Source: Sphaerochaetaceae bacterium (lineage in GTDB: Bacteria > Spirochaetota > Spirochaetia > Sphaerochaetales > Sphaerochaetaceae). Taken from it: a stretch of DNA of 64,000 bases. A program made the translations under genes and the position numbers. Below, in pieces: positions 8,167 through 18,137 of the stretch. The stretch covers positions 179,165 through 243,164 of the forward strand of contig CAXXVM010000001.1 in NCBI GenBank assembly GCA_963678765.2. The letters are read 5' to 3'. A model generated the notes under the pieces. The model was not told the DNA's origin and ran no database searches. It saw only the letters and a list, made by a program, of their open reading frames with translations. Numbering within the stretch: position 1 is the first letter of the stretch; the number at the start of each line of letters is the position of its first letter.

Positions 8167-10650
8167 CTATAGTCTAACTCTGAGCGAATCTTCTAATGAT
8201 TTTTTATTCTCAATAACAACAGTATCACCTACATAAATATCACCAGATAGAATTTGAACTTTATTCTCACCTAGATAACGAACTGTAACTTCAATTTCTT
8301 TTAAACTGCCATCTGCCATTCTTTGTTTAACATACTGTTTACTTCCGTTTGGATAAACAGCTGCCTGATTTACAACAGTTATACTTTCTTTATTGTCTGC
8401 TACAATTTTACCGGAGAAGGTAAATCCAGTTTTAAGTCTTTTAGGAGGATTAGGTATTGTAATTTCAACATCTAATACGCCAAAACCTTGTGTTGAATAT
8501 CTTCCTAACATAGGGATGCTTGATACCTCAGCCTCTACTATAACACCAGGAAGAGAATCAAAGGTTAATTCTGCTTTTTGACCAACACTAACATAACCAA
8601 TATCAAGTTCATCAATTTGTACAGTTGCTTTAAACTTTGATAGATCTGCTATAATCATACTATTATTAGTAGTTGTTGTTAGAGAGTTATAATCACCTAC
8701 GGTCCAACCTTGTTGAGCAACAACACCATCAAAGTTAGCAATAGCCTTTGTATATTCAAGACTATTTTTTGCATTCTCTAATTGTAGTTCTAATAATTTA
8801 AGAGTATTAGCATTACCTGTTAATTTTGCACTCTTTATCTGTGATTCAATATTAGCAATATTATATTGCTCAGCTGAATCATCAACAGTTACAAGAATAT
8901 CACCTTTCTTTACAACATCGCCTTCTTTAACATTGATTGTTTTAATGGCTCCACTTGTTCTTAATACTACATTTTGTAAATCATAGGCTTCTAATACACC
9001 ATTAATATCAACAATTGGTGCAGTTTCTTCCTCTGTAATCTTTACCTCAGTATAAGTAGGTACATCTTTGGCAATTGATTCTGCAGATGTCCAAGGCATT
9101 CTTCTATTTGTATTATAGAAATTATAAAGATATGTAGCTCCACCAAGTAGAATTAAAATAATAATCCAAGTAATAATAGTTTTTCTTTTCTTCTTACTAT
9201 TCTTTTTTCTTAATTCTTTTCTAATAGAAGTTTCAGTTTCTTCTAATTTAGTTTCGCCTAAATTATCATCAGTATCAATGCTTGCAACAGTTGGTTCTAT
9301 TTCTTTCTCTTCCCTCTTTATGCCTAATGCTTCAGTAAAGTTTTCAATTTTATCAACTTTTACACCATTAACCATAATATATTTTGTACCATTTTCAGTT
9401 ACAACTTTAATACCTGAATTGTTATTATTACTGCTTTGATTTAAGTTCTTGTCTTTATTTAACTCAACAACAGCTTCTTTTATAGCAGATTTAACAATTT
9501 TCTCAACGTCAATATTAGAAGATTGAGAGGATACTTCACTATGATTTTTTTCTACTTTTTTTGTTTCATCATTTGATTTAGCACTCTCTATAGCACCATT
9601 TAGAGCATTTCTTCTAACAAGTATTGGCTTTTTACTACTCAAAACTGTTTTTAAAACATCTTTTGATACTACAATTTTTGGAGACTTAACTACATTTTCA
9701 TTAGATTTAGAGTTCAAAGCCTCTTCAATATATTTATTTTGAGTTTCAAATCTAATGTCTTCTCTTTGAATATATTCAAGTCTTTGAACTTCTTTCTTCT
9801 CAGCTTCTTCAGCTAGTTGATTTTTTATATACTCATCATCATAGCTAGATAATTCATCTAGAGATTCAATTATTAATTTAGTCTGTAAATCAGATCTAAC
9901 TTTTTCTCTATCTAAATAATCAAGACGTTGAGCTTCTTTTTTATTTTCTTCAGATTCAACATCAACAAATTCTTTTTCATGAGAATCAATAGATACTTCA
10001 TCACTAGATACTTCACTATCAGCTACTGTTTCATCAATTTTACTATCTATCTCTTTATCTGATATTTTTACATCTTCTAATGTTGATACAAGTGATACTA
10101 GCTTTGATTTTTCAGCTTCTGATTTAGCTTTAGCCTCTTCTTCAGCTTCAGCTATAGCTTTTTCTTCTTCTGCTAGTCTATTAGCCTCTTCTTCTGCTTC
10201 AGCCATAGCTTTTTCTTCTTCTGCTAGTCTATTAGCCTCTTCTTCAGCTTTAGCTCTTTCTTCTTCTGCTAATCTTTCTTCTTCAGCTTTTAGTCTAGCT
10301 TTTTCTTCTTCCGCTAATCGATAAGCTTCTTCTTCCTCTCTAGCTTTCTTTTCTTTTGCTAAAGATTCAGCTTCTTGTTCGGCTTTAGCAATTTCTTCTT
10401 CGACAATTCTATTAGCCTCTGCCTCTTCTGCTAAAGCAATAGCTTCAGCCTCTGCTTCTTCATCAATAGATTTATCTTCCACTAAGCTATCATTATTTGA
10501 GGATTCAATTAATTCTCTATTATGCTCTTCTTCTGCGATAACAGCAAAAATTTCATCATCATTCATATTCTCATAATCAATACCCAATTCTTGGGCTCTT
10601 AATTCTGCTAATCTTCTTTTTTCAATTTTTTTTCTTATACGTTTATTCAT
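8167..10650 (-). CDS. HlyD/MacA-family periplasmic adaptor with a long cytoplasmic Glu/Ala/Lys-rich N-terminal extension
   Basis: The C-terminal ~310 aa look like a membrane-fusion protein (lipoyl-like VKEGDVVKKGDILVTVD, coiled-coil hairpin, beta-barrel). Single TM (TIITWIIILILLGGATYLYNFY) at about aa 495. The ~490 aa before it are charged, repeat-rich sequence. Confidence 0.75.
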   Translation of the reverse strand: MNKRIRKKIEKRRLAELRAQELGIDYENMNDDEIFAVIAEEEHNRELIESSNNDSLVEDKSIDEEAEAEAIALAEEAEANRIVEEEIAKAEQEAESLAKEKKAREEEEAYRLAEEEKARLKAEEERLAEEERAKAEEEANRLAEEEKAMAEAEEEANRLAEEEKAIAEAEEEAKAKSEAEKSKLVSLVSTLEDVKISDKEIDSKIDETVADSEVSSDEVSIDSHEKEFVDVESEENKKEAQRLDYLDREKVRSDLQTKLIIESLDELSSYDDEYIKNQLAEEAEKKEVQRLEYIQREDIRFETQNKYIEEALNSKSNENVVKSPKIVVSKDVLKTVLSSKKPILVRRNALNGAIESAKSNDETKKVEKNHSEVSSQSSNIDVEKIVKSAIKEAVVELNKDKNLNQSSNNNNSGIKVVTENGTKYIMVNGVKVDKIENFTEALGIKREEKEIEPTVASIDTDDNLGETKLEETETSIRKELRKKNSKKKRKTIITWIIILILLGGATYLYNFYNTNRRMPWTSAESIAKDVPTYTEVKITEEETAPIVDINGVLEAYDLQNVVLRTSGAIKTINVKEGDVVKKGDILVTVDDSAEQYNIANIESQIKSAKLTGNANTLKLLELQLENAKNSLEYTKAIANFDGVVAQQGWTVGDYNSLTTTTNNSMIIADLSKFKATVQIDELDIGYVSVGQKAELTFDSLPGVIVEAEVSSIPMLGRYSTQGFGVLDVEITIPNPPKRLKTGFTFSGKIVADNKESITVVNQAAVYPNGSKQYVKQRMADGSLKEIEVTVRYLGENKVQILSGDIYVGDTVVIENKKSLEDSLRVRL
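10128..10245 (-). repeat. 51-bp in-frame tandem repeat inside the adaptor gene
   Basis: GCCTCTTCTTC(A/T)GCTTCAGC(T/C)ATAGCTTTTTCTTCTTCTGCTAGTCTATTA occurs twice in tandem, plus a partial copy. It encodes EEEANRLAEEEKA(M/I)AEA. Looser copies of the same theme extend to about 10440. Confidence 0.8.
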
Positions 10651-10668
10651 TTCTTAATTTTCTCCCCT

Positions 10669-12150
10669 TTATAGCGCTAGTGATTCTATTGTTAATTCAG
10701 TAATCCATCCATCAAGTAAGACATCTAATTCGTCATACTTTAATTGGGATAAATTGAATATTGAAGCATCAACTTCTTGTTGATTCTTTAAACCTAAATC
10801 AAACATTTGCTGATCTAACTCAATATTGTCTTGTGCAATTTTTAAACTATCTTGAATTTGAGAATATTTAAAATTCCATGAATCTATTTCACTTTGAGCA
10901 TTAATTTTATCATATGAGGATGTTAATAATACATTTGATAAAGTGTTTTGAGCACTTATCAAATTATTAGAACTTTTTTTACTTTCTATTAAATCAACTC
11001 TTGTACTTGTATCATTTGTCCATCTACCACCAAGCCCAATAGTTAATGAACTATCACTATTCTCAGAGGTTAATGATACACTACCATTAAAGCTTAAATT
11101 ATCTGTTCCATAATCAAGGCCTACTGTTCCAGTATAGCTAGAGTAATCATATGAATAATAATTATCAGACAAGACACCATAATCACTTTGTGTTGTTGAT
11201 AAACTACCTGATAACTTTGCAGAACTTCTATCTTTAGATTTATTTACTTCATCCACATCATTCTGAGCTATTTGTAGATTAAGTTGAGCTATTTGAACTG
11301 AAAGACTATCATTGGTATTTGATGGAATTTCTAAAAATGGCACTTCCACGGTATCAATTCCAACATAATCCTCTCCTGTATAGTTTTTGTATTGAGTTAA
11401 CATAGCCTCTTTTTGAGAGTTTAGATTAGCTAGCGTATTTTTTAGATTTTGAAGAGTTGCCATATCAGATTTATATGTAACAGATGTATCATTATAAAAA
11501 TCTAATGCTAATTTATCAGAAATATTTTTCTCACTAAGTTTAATAGAATTTTCAGTTGCTTCTATATTTTTAGCATTTGTATTAAAGGCTTTAAATAGAT
11601 TTAATAGATTTTCTTTAAAACTAATTATTCCCTGTCTGTAGGTTTTCTCAATCGATAATAAATTAACTTGTTCATTTAAATCTTTTGAATCAGTATCATA
11701 TTCACCAAATAGAAAAGTATGATCAACACTCAATGTTGGAGAGGTACTGTAATAGGTTTCATTATCAGAAAAAACTATTGTAGAATTTAAGTCAAAATTT
11801 ACATTAGTATCATCTGTTGCTGCACCACTTGTTGTTGGTTCATAGGAACCTGGAATATTAATATAAACAAGATGAGATGCGTTTGGACTTAGAGAATATG
11901 TACTTGTTGAAGAATCCTCTACAGTTGAACTAACATATGGAGCTACAGCATAGCTAACCTCTCTATCGACATTACTTAGTTCAACAGTCAATAAACTTTG
12001 CTGTTTATTTATTTCAAGGGACTTTATTGTATCACTTTTTTTAAGTGCTACCTCAATAGAACTTTGCAGCGATTGTGCAAAGATAGGTAGAGTTAAACTT
12101 GTTGCAACCATAAGAGCAACTATAAGTTTTTTAGATTTTGTAGTCATCAA
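10669..12150 (-). CDS. TolC-like outer-membrane efflux factor
   Basis: Signal peptide (LTLPIFAQS), about 490 aa, two coiled-coil-rich halves. First gene of the adaptor/ABC operon. The call rests on context and composition, not a sharp motif. Confidence 0.6.
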   Translation of the reverse strand: MMTTKSKKLIVALMVATSLTLPIFAQSLQSSIEVALKKSDTIKSLEINKQQSLLTVELSNVDREVSYAVAPYVSSTVEDSSTSTYSLSPNASHLVYINIPGSYEPTTSGAATDDTNVNFDLNSTIVFSDNETYYSTSPTLSVDHTFLFGEYDTDSKDLNEQVNLLSIEKTYRQGIISFKENLLNLFKAFNTNAKNIEATENSIKLSEKNISDKLALDFYNDTSVTYKSDMATLQNLKNTLANLNSQKEAMLTQYKNYTGEDYVGIDTVEVPFLEIPSNTNDSLSVQIAQLNLQIAQNDVDEVNKSKDRSSAKLSGSLSTTQSDYGVLSDNYYSYDYSSYTGTVGLDYGTDNLSFNGSVSLTSENSDSSLTIGLGGRWTNDTSTRVDLIESKKSSNNLISAQNTLSNVLLTSSYDKINAQSEIDSWNFKYSQIQDSLKIAQDNIELDQQMFDLGLKNQQEVDASIFNLSQLKYDELDVLLDGWITELTIESLAL

Positions 12151-12197
12151 TATAAGAACCTCCGTAAAATCTTATAAAAGTGTGATTTTATTTTCTT

Positions 12198-12905
12198 TTA
12201 AAAATACAGGCCACCATCAACTTTAATTTTTTCACCTGTTACATATTTAGCATTCAATAAATATTTTACACTAAATATTATATCTTCATAGCTTCCAAGT
12301 CCTAGCTTAATTTTATTTTTCATCTTTTTGAAAAATTCTTTATCATCACTATTTGACATTATTAAACCTGGAGCTATTTCATTAATTCTCACAATAGGAG
12401 TCAACTCTTGTGCTAATAATTTTGTTTGAAATGAAAGACTTTCTTTGCTAATGAAATAAGGAATTCTTTTTAAACTAGGTTTATTAAGTCCTGCATCAGT
12501 AAAGTTTATTACAGCCCCTCTTTGTCCTCTTTTTTCTAGATGTTCATAAAGGTATGTCGTTAATAATAGAGGAACAATTGAATGGATCATATTATATTCT
12601 TCAAGAACTTTTTCATCTAACTCTTTGAGTAGATTTTTAGAGAATATAGATGCTGCATTAATAATATAATCGAGTCTTCCAAATTTACTTAGTACTCTGT
12701 CAAAAAAAATCTTTGTTTCTTTATCTAAAAAATTATACTGAATGATTTTACATCCATTATCTAATTCTTTTTTAAGTAGATTTGCTTCTTTTTCTGATTG
12801 ATTATAATGGACAATTACTAAATAATTATCACGTACCAAAGACTTAGCTAATTCTTTAGCCAGTCTAGTAGCACCCCCTGTAATTAATACAACCTTTTTA
12901 TCCAT
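12198..12905 (-). CDS. short-chain dehydrogenase/reductase (SDR)
   Basis: N-terminal Rossmann motif ITGGATRLAKELA and catalytic YxxxK (YFISK). 235 aa. Confidence 0.8.
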   Translation of the reverse strand: MDKKVVLITGGATRLAKELAKSLVRDNYLVIVHYNQSEKEANLLKKELDNGCKIIQYNFLDKETKIFFDRVLSKFGRLDYIINAASIFSKNLLKELDEKVLEEYNMIHSIVPLLLTTYLYEHLEKRGQRGAVINFTDAGLNKPSLKRIPYFISKESLSFQTKLLAQELTPIVRINEIAPGLIMSNSDDKEFFKKMKNKIKLGLGSYEDIIFSVKYLLNAKYVTGEKIKVDGGLYF

Positions 12906-13331
12906 ATTACCAACTTTTTCATTTTAGCAAAAGCAAACTAAAACTATTATTCATTATGGTTTCATTTTACATTATTTTCAATGATAAATGTCTAAATATT
13001 GTATAATTTAGAGCATTTGAAACAAACATTTAATATATTCAACATTCTACATACTCAAAAATATACAAAAAAATAATATAAAAACAAATAAATAGACGTT
13101 TAATATGAAATTAGCGTATAAATGCTAAAGCTTATGAATTATTTTCAACTTTTATTGTTTTTTGAATTTGTCAAATATTTACATTTATTAATTATTTTTT
13201 GCTATTGCTTTTATATAATCAGTTTCCTATATATTTATTACCTATTTTTTAGGAGAAATTACTATTAATTCGCCAACCGTGGGTATTTATTGCTTGCCTT
13301 ATTTATATTTTGTCATTATATTCATATCACT

Positions 13332-14249
13332 ATGATAAAAACAAAAATAAAAGACGAAAAAGTCATTAAACAGTTAAAAAAGATCGTACCTGATGGAAAA
13401 GATATTTTCTTATTAGAAAATAACAAAATTAGAGCTACCATTTTAGGTACAACGAGAATGATAAATCAAGTTCGAGCAAATTATAAATTAGATATAGTAG
13501 AAGCTGTAACCCTAGGTGAAGCTTATATTGGAAATGCACTATTAGCATCTACTGTTAAAGAGAATGATAGAGTTCAATTAACCATAGATTGTGGTGGACC
13601 TTGCGGTGGTATTTATACAGAGGCTTGGGCAAGCGGTGCTGTTAGAGGATATCTAAAGAATAACCGCTTTGGAGTAAAAGAATCTTTCCCAGTTGATACA
13701 GATCCTATTTATGGTCCTGGTTTCCTATCTATTTCTAAAATTCTTGAAGGATCTAAAAGTCCATTTAAAGGGCAAGTAATGCTTCAACATGGTAATCTAA
13801 GTAAAGATTTAAGAAACTACTTCTTAGAAAGTGAACAAACTAAATCATTATTTGTATTAGATTTTGATGTTGATGAAGAAAACAGAATATTAGGTTGTGG
13901 TGGTATTTTCTTCCAAATGTTACCTGGTAATGAAGATGATGAATTCTTTGAAGAATTTGAGAAGAAAGTTGATAATCTACCATCATTAGCTAAGTCAATT
14001 AGCCAAGGTATTGATCCAAAAGATTTTATTGTTCAAAACTTTGATGATGTAAAACATCTTTCACATTCACTAGTTGGTTTCTCTTGTCCTTGCGATAAAA
14101 AGACATTTGCTAACCATTTAAAGGCTCTTCCTCTAAAAGATAAGAAAGATATTAGAGAAAATGGCCCTTTCCCACTAGAATTAGTTTGCTTAAACTGTAA
14201 TAGTAACTACGAATTCGGAAAAGCCGAATTAGACGACTTACTGAAGTAA
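13332..14249 (+). CDS. hslO: redox-regulated chaperone Hsp33
   Basis: C-terminal zinc centre CPC...CLNC (FSCPCDKK / LVCLNCNSNY) and Hsp33-like length. I place the start at MIKTK (13332) rather than the upstream ATG at 13290. Confidence 0.85.
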   Translation: MIKTKIKDEKVIKQLKKIVPDGKDIFLLENNKIRATILGTTRMINQVRANYKLDIVEAVTLGEAYIGNALLASTVKENDRVQLTIDCGGPCGGIYTEAWASGAVRGYLKNNRFGVKESFPVDTDPIYGPGFLSISKILEGSKSPFKGQVMLQHGNLSKDLRNYFLESEQTKSLFVLDFDVDEENRILGCGGIFFQMLPGNEDDEFFEEFEKKVDNLPSLAKSISQGIDPKDFIVQNFDDVKHLSHSLVGFSCPCDKKTFANHLKALPLKDKKDIRENGPFPLELVCLNCNSNYEFGKAELDDLLK

Positions 14250-14305
14250 CAGTAGGTTTAAAATAAATTATAAAAATCTCTGGAGAATCAGAGGTAGGAG
14301 AAAAG

Positions 14306-16681
14306 ATGGTATTTTTTGCAACGTGCGCAACCAACCAACAAGACATTTTAGAGAAAGAGATTAGATCTCTCGGAGTGGAAGATGCATTAGTAAACGCAGG
14401 TGGCGTTGAATTTGAAGCAACATTAGAACAAGCTTATAATTTTTGTTTATATACAAGAGTTGCATCTAAATTGATGCTAGCACTCTATGAAGACGATGAT
14501 ATTCAAAATGCAGATGAATTATATGATTCAGCTGTACAAATCCCTTGGGAAGAATACATCACACCTGAAACTACATTTTCAATTTCACAAACTGTAATCA
14601 ATTGTAGTTGGTTAAAAAACGGTCACTTTGCAGCTGTTAGACTTAAGGATGCTATTGTAGATAGAATCCGTCTTAAGTTTGATGGAGAAAGACCAAACGT
14701 TGATAAGGATAATGCAGATGTATCATTCCATATCCACGTTAGAGGAAATCGTATTTCTTACTTAGTTGATTTCTCTGGCAAATCTCTTCACAAAAGAGGT
14801 TATAGAAAATCCTTTATTGATGCAGCTATGAGAGAAACTCTTGCAGCAACAGTACTAAAGAGATCTGAGTACCGTAGAGTACTAGAGAGTGAAGAAGAAC
14901 TAGAAGTTGTTCCAACTCTATTAGATCCTTTCTGTGGCTCAGGAACAATTCTTATTGAAGCTGCTCTTTGGGTTAGTAAAGTAGCACCAGGCTTAATTGA
15001 TGTTGATAGATTTGCATTCTTTAAATTACCTCTTCATGATGAAGCTGTATGGAAAGAAGTTCTTGATGCAGCAATTTTAGAAGAAGAAAAAGGTGCATCA
15101 AAAGAATTTAAGTTCTACGGTTGGGATTTAGATCCTAGAGCTATTGAAGTTGCAAAGAAAAATGCAAAGGCTGCCGGCGTTCTTGATAAAATTCAATTTG
15201 AAGTTAAAGACTTTTCTAAAATCACAAAAGAAGATGTTCCATCTTCAACAGGTTACATTGTAACAGATCCTCCTTACGGATTTAGATTATCAGATTCAAA
15301 AATTGATTTACTATACCAAAGCATTGGTAAACAGTTAAATGACCTATTTGGTGGTTGGAATGTTTCAATCATTTGTGGTGAACAAGAACTATTGAGTTTC
15401 ATCAACATGAAACCTAATAGAACAAACAGTGTTAACAATGGTGGTATTGATTGCCAAATCGCTCATTACTATGTATTTAGTGAAGAAGAAAGAGAAGAGA
15501 TGACTCGTAAAGCTATCGAAAAGAAAGCTGAGAGACTTGCAGCTCCTCTAAGCGATGGTGCTCAAATGGCATACAATAGATTAATTAAAAATATTGAAGC
15601 TATTAAACCTATTATGGAAAAAGAAGGCGTAACAAACTATCGTATTTATGATGCTGATATGCCAGAATATAGTGCTGCAATTGATATTTACGGAGATAAA
15701 TTTATTAATCTTCAAGAATATGCTGCTCCATCATCAATTCCAGAAGAGGATGCACAGAGAAGACTTGAAGAGTTAATCTTTGCAACTGAGAGAGCAACTG
15801 GTATCGATATTGATAATATCTTTGTTAAAAGTAGAACTCCTCAAAAAGGATCAAACCAATATAACAAGATTGCTAATAAAAACAGATTCTACATAATGAA
15901 AGAAAACGGTACAAAATACCTTGTTAATTTCCAAGATTATTTAGATACTGGTATTTTCTTAGATCACCGTCCTGTTAGAAAAATGATTGGCGAGATGAGT
16001 GAAGGAAAAAGATTCTTAAACCTTTTCTGTTATACAGGAACTGCAACTGTTCAAGCTGCTAAGGGTGGGGCATTAAGTACTGTTAGTGTTGATGCATCTG
16101 CAACTTACCTTGATTGGGCAGAAAGCAACATGGAATTAAATGCATTTAAGGGAATGAACCATTTCTATTACAAAGATGATTGTATGGGATTCTTATATAA
16201 TACATACGATAAATATGATCTAATTTTCTGTGATCCTCCAACTTTCAGTAATAGTAAGAGTCGTGATTCATTTGATGTTGATAGAGACCACAAACGTCTT
16301 ATCCACCTTTGTATGCGTCACTTAGATGAAAATGGTGTATTAATATTTAGTAATAACTATAGAAAATTCAAATTAGATGATTTTATTTATCAAGATTATG
16401 ATGTAAAAAATATTACACCTGAAACAATTGGTGAAGATTTCAAGAGAGATCCTAAAATCCACCAATGTTATATCATTACAGAAAGAAAAGTTGTTCCTGT
16501 AAAAACTCAAGCAAAATTAACTGTAAAACGAAAAGCTGTAAATCCAGCTAATTCTGATGCAACTGAAATTGTTGAGAAAGTAGAAGCACCTAAGACTGTT
16601 AAAACCGTTAAAGCTGTTAAGGCTGTAAAGAGTGAAAAAGCAGTTGAAGAAGATGATGATTATTTAACATTAAGATACTAA
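14306..16681 (+). CDS. rlmL: bifunctional 23S rRNA methyltransferase RlmL/RlmKL with a C-terminal Lys/Val-rich tail
   Basis: N-terminal FATCA...THUMP region, first MTase motif VTDPPYGFRL, second MTase with CDPPTFS. RBS GGAG upstream of the start. Confidence 0.85.
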   Translation: MVFFATCATNQQDILEKEIRSLGVEDALVNAGGVEFEATLEQAYNFCLYTRVASKLMLALYEDDDIQNADELYDSAVQIPWEEYITPETTFSISQTVINCSWLKNGHFAAVRLKDAIVDRIRLKFDGERPNVDKDNADVSFHIHVRGNRISYLVDFSGKSLHKRGYRKSFIDAAMRETLAATVLKRSEYRRVLESEEELEVVPTLLDPFCGSGTILIEAALWVSKVAPGLIDVDRFAFFKLPLHDEAVWKEVLDAAILEEEKGASKEFKFYGWDLDPRAIEVAKKNAKAAGVLDKIQFEVKDFSKITKEDVPSSTGYIVTDPPYGFRLSDSKIDLLYQSIGKQLNDLFGGWNVSIICGEQELLSFINMKPNRTNSVNNGGIDCQIAHYYVFSEEEREEMTRKAIEKKAERLAAPLSDGAQMAYNRLIKNIEAIKPIMEKEGVTNYRIYDADMPEYSAAIDIYGDKFINLQEYAAPSSIPEEDAQRRLEELIFATERATGIDIDNIFVKSRTPQKGSNQYNKIANKNRFYIMKENGTKYLVNFQDYLDTGIFLDHRPVRKMIGEMSEGKRFLNLFCYTGTATVQAAKGGALSTVSVDASATYLDWAESNMELNAFKGMNHFYYKDDCMGFLYNTYDKYDLIFCDPPTFSNSKSRDSFDVDRDHKRLIHLCMRHLDENGVLIFSNNYRKFKLDDFIYQDYDVKNITPETIGEDFKRDPKIHQCYIITERKVVPVKTQAKLTVKRKAVNPANSDATEIVEKVEAPKTVKTVKAVKAVKSEKAVEEDDDYLTLRY

Positions 16682-16699
16682 TTTAGTAACTTTATAATA

Positions 16700-16736
16700 A
16701 GAGACTATGGAATTTATTCTGTAGTCTCTATTTTTT
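16700..16736 (+). terminator. intrinsic terminator after rlmL
   Basis: AGAGACTAT ... GTAGTCTCT hairpin followed by ATTTTTT. Confidence 0.6.
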
Positions 16737-16844
16737 AGTTTTTATAAAAGAAAAAAAACTAGGTATCATTCTAATTTATTTAAATTAGTAATTTGATAAC
16801 CTAGTCTTCGTATATTATTAAATAATTTGATTAAACTGTATGTT

Positions 16845-17832
16845 CTATAATTTAACGCTATTTACTACTTCTTCACCATTAACAAAGGATCTAATGTTTG
16901 TAAGTGTTGTTAGTGCAATATTCTGAAGAGCTTCATCTGTTAAGAATGCTTGGTGAGATGTTACAATAACATTTGGCATAGCAATTAATAGTGTTAATGT
17001 CTCATTATCATCATCAAGGATTTCATCACTTTTATCTTCAAAGAATAAACCAGCCTCTTCTTCATAAACATCAAGAGCAGCTGCACCTATTTTTTTAGAT
17101 CTCAATCCTCTTAAAAGAGCTTCACTTTCAATTAGTCCACCTCTAGATGTATTAACAATTACTACACCATCTTTCAAGTTTTTAATTGATTCATCATTAA
17201 TCATATGCATATTGTCTTTTGTTAATGGACAGTGAAAACTTATTATATCAGATCTTTTACTCAATTCTTCAAAACTTACATATTCTGCATCAACATCTTT
17301 ACTAGGATATGGATCATAGGCTAGAACTTTCATTCCAAAACCTTTACAAATATTGATAAATAAACGTCCAATCTTACCAGTTCCAACTACACCTATTGTT
17401 TTATCATGTAAATCAAATCCTACTAAGCCTTGAAGAGAAAAGTTAAATTCTCTTGTTCTAACATAGGAGTGATGTATTTTCGAACAACTGATAGCAATAG
17501 TGCTGTTGCATGTTCTGCAACTGCATAAGGACTGTAGGCAGGAACTCTTGCAACAAGAATGCCCTTCTCTGTTGCTTTTTTAATATCTACATTATTAAAA
17601 CCAGCAGACCTTAGCGCAATCATCTTTACACCTTTCTTAGCTATAATATTAATTGTCTTTTCATCTAATTCATCATTAACAAAGGAGACTACTACGTCAA
17701 AGCCTTTACTAATTTTGCATTTCTCTCTTGTAGTCTACCTTCAAAATATGTAATTTCTTCATCTTTTGTTTTGTAAGCTTCAAACCATTTTTTATCATAT
17801 TTTTTTGTATCAAAAAAAGCTATCTTTGTCAT
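16845..17832 (-). pseudogene. ldhA: D-lactate dehydrogenase (D-2-hydroxyacid dehydrogenase) disrupted by two frameshifts
   Basis: Three consecutive frames together rebuild a full LdhA-like protein. They read MTKIAFFDTKKYDKKWFE...AKLVK / GFDVVVSFVNDE...ALRSAGFNNVD...AEHA...VVRK / IHHSYVRTREFNFSLQGL...GVVGTGKIGR...C-terminus. The breaks lie at about 17713-17719 and 17477-17480. Confidence 0.85.
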
Positions 17833-18137
17833 AATTGCCTCCGCATTAATCTCTTGTATAACTATACTATACTAACTTAGTAGGAAAAAGAAAAGTATTT
17901 AATAGATATTTTTTTACCTAATAAGATTGAATATACCTACTATTATATCCTATTTACTTAGTGGGTAATAAAATAAGCTAATAAAAATATTTAAAAAAAT
18001 TTTAAAAACTTTTACCTACTATTAGTTATACGACCAATATTTAGATTTAGATAGTAAAATAACCTCTAAAAATACAAATTTTTTAAATTTTACGATATGA
18101 CTTTTAATTAGAGTTGTACTAGAATAAAAAATTCCTC

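Noticed and set aside
10128-10440. Possible CRISPR-like or non-coding tandem repeat arrays. The same question applies to 19757-20040.
   Set aside because: The repeats are contiguous with no unique spacers, in frame, and inside long ORFs. They are coding tandem repeats, not CRISPR.
13275-13300. TGGGTATTTATTGCTTGCC upstream of hslO as a possible sigma-54 promoter.
   Set aside because: GG-to-GC spacing is 8-9 or 13 nt rather than 10. It does not fit.
13290-13331. Upstream ATG extensions of hslO. The same applies to asd (27389), panE (38267), the molybdoenzyme (41120), the lipoprotein (47080) and the fic N-terminal ORF (19063).
   Set aside because: The extensions lack an RBS, encode hydrophobic or odd leader sequence absent from these families, or overlap the neighbouring gene. 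Internal starts with an RBS fit better.
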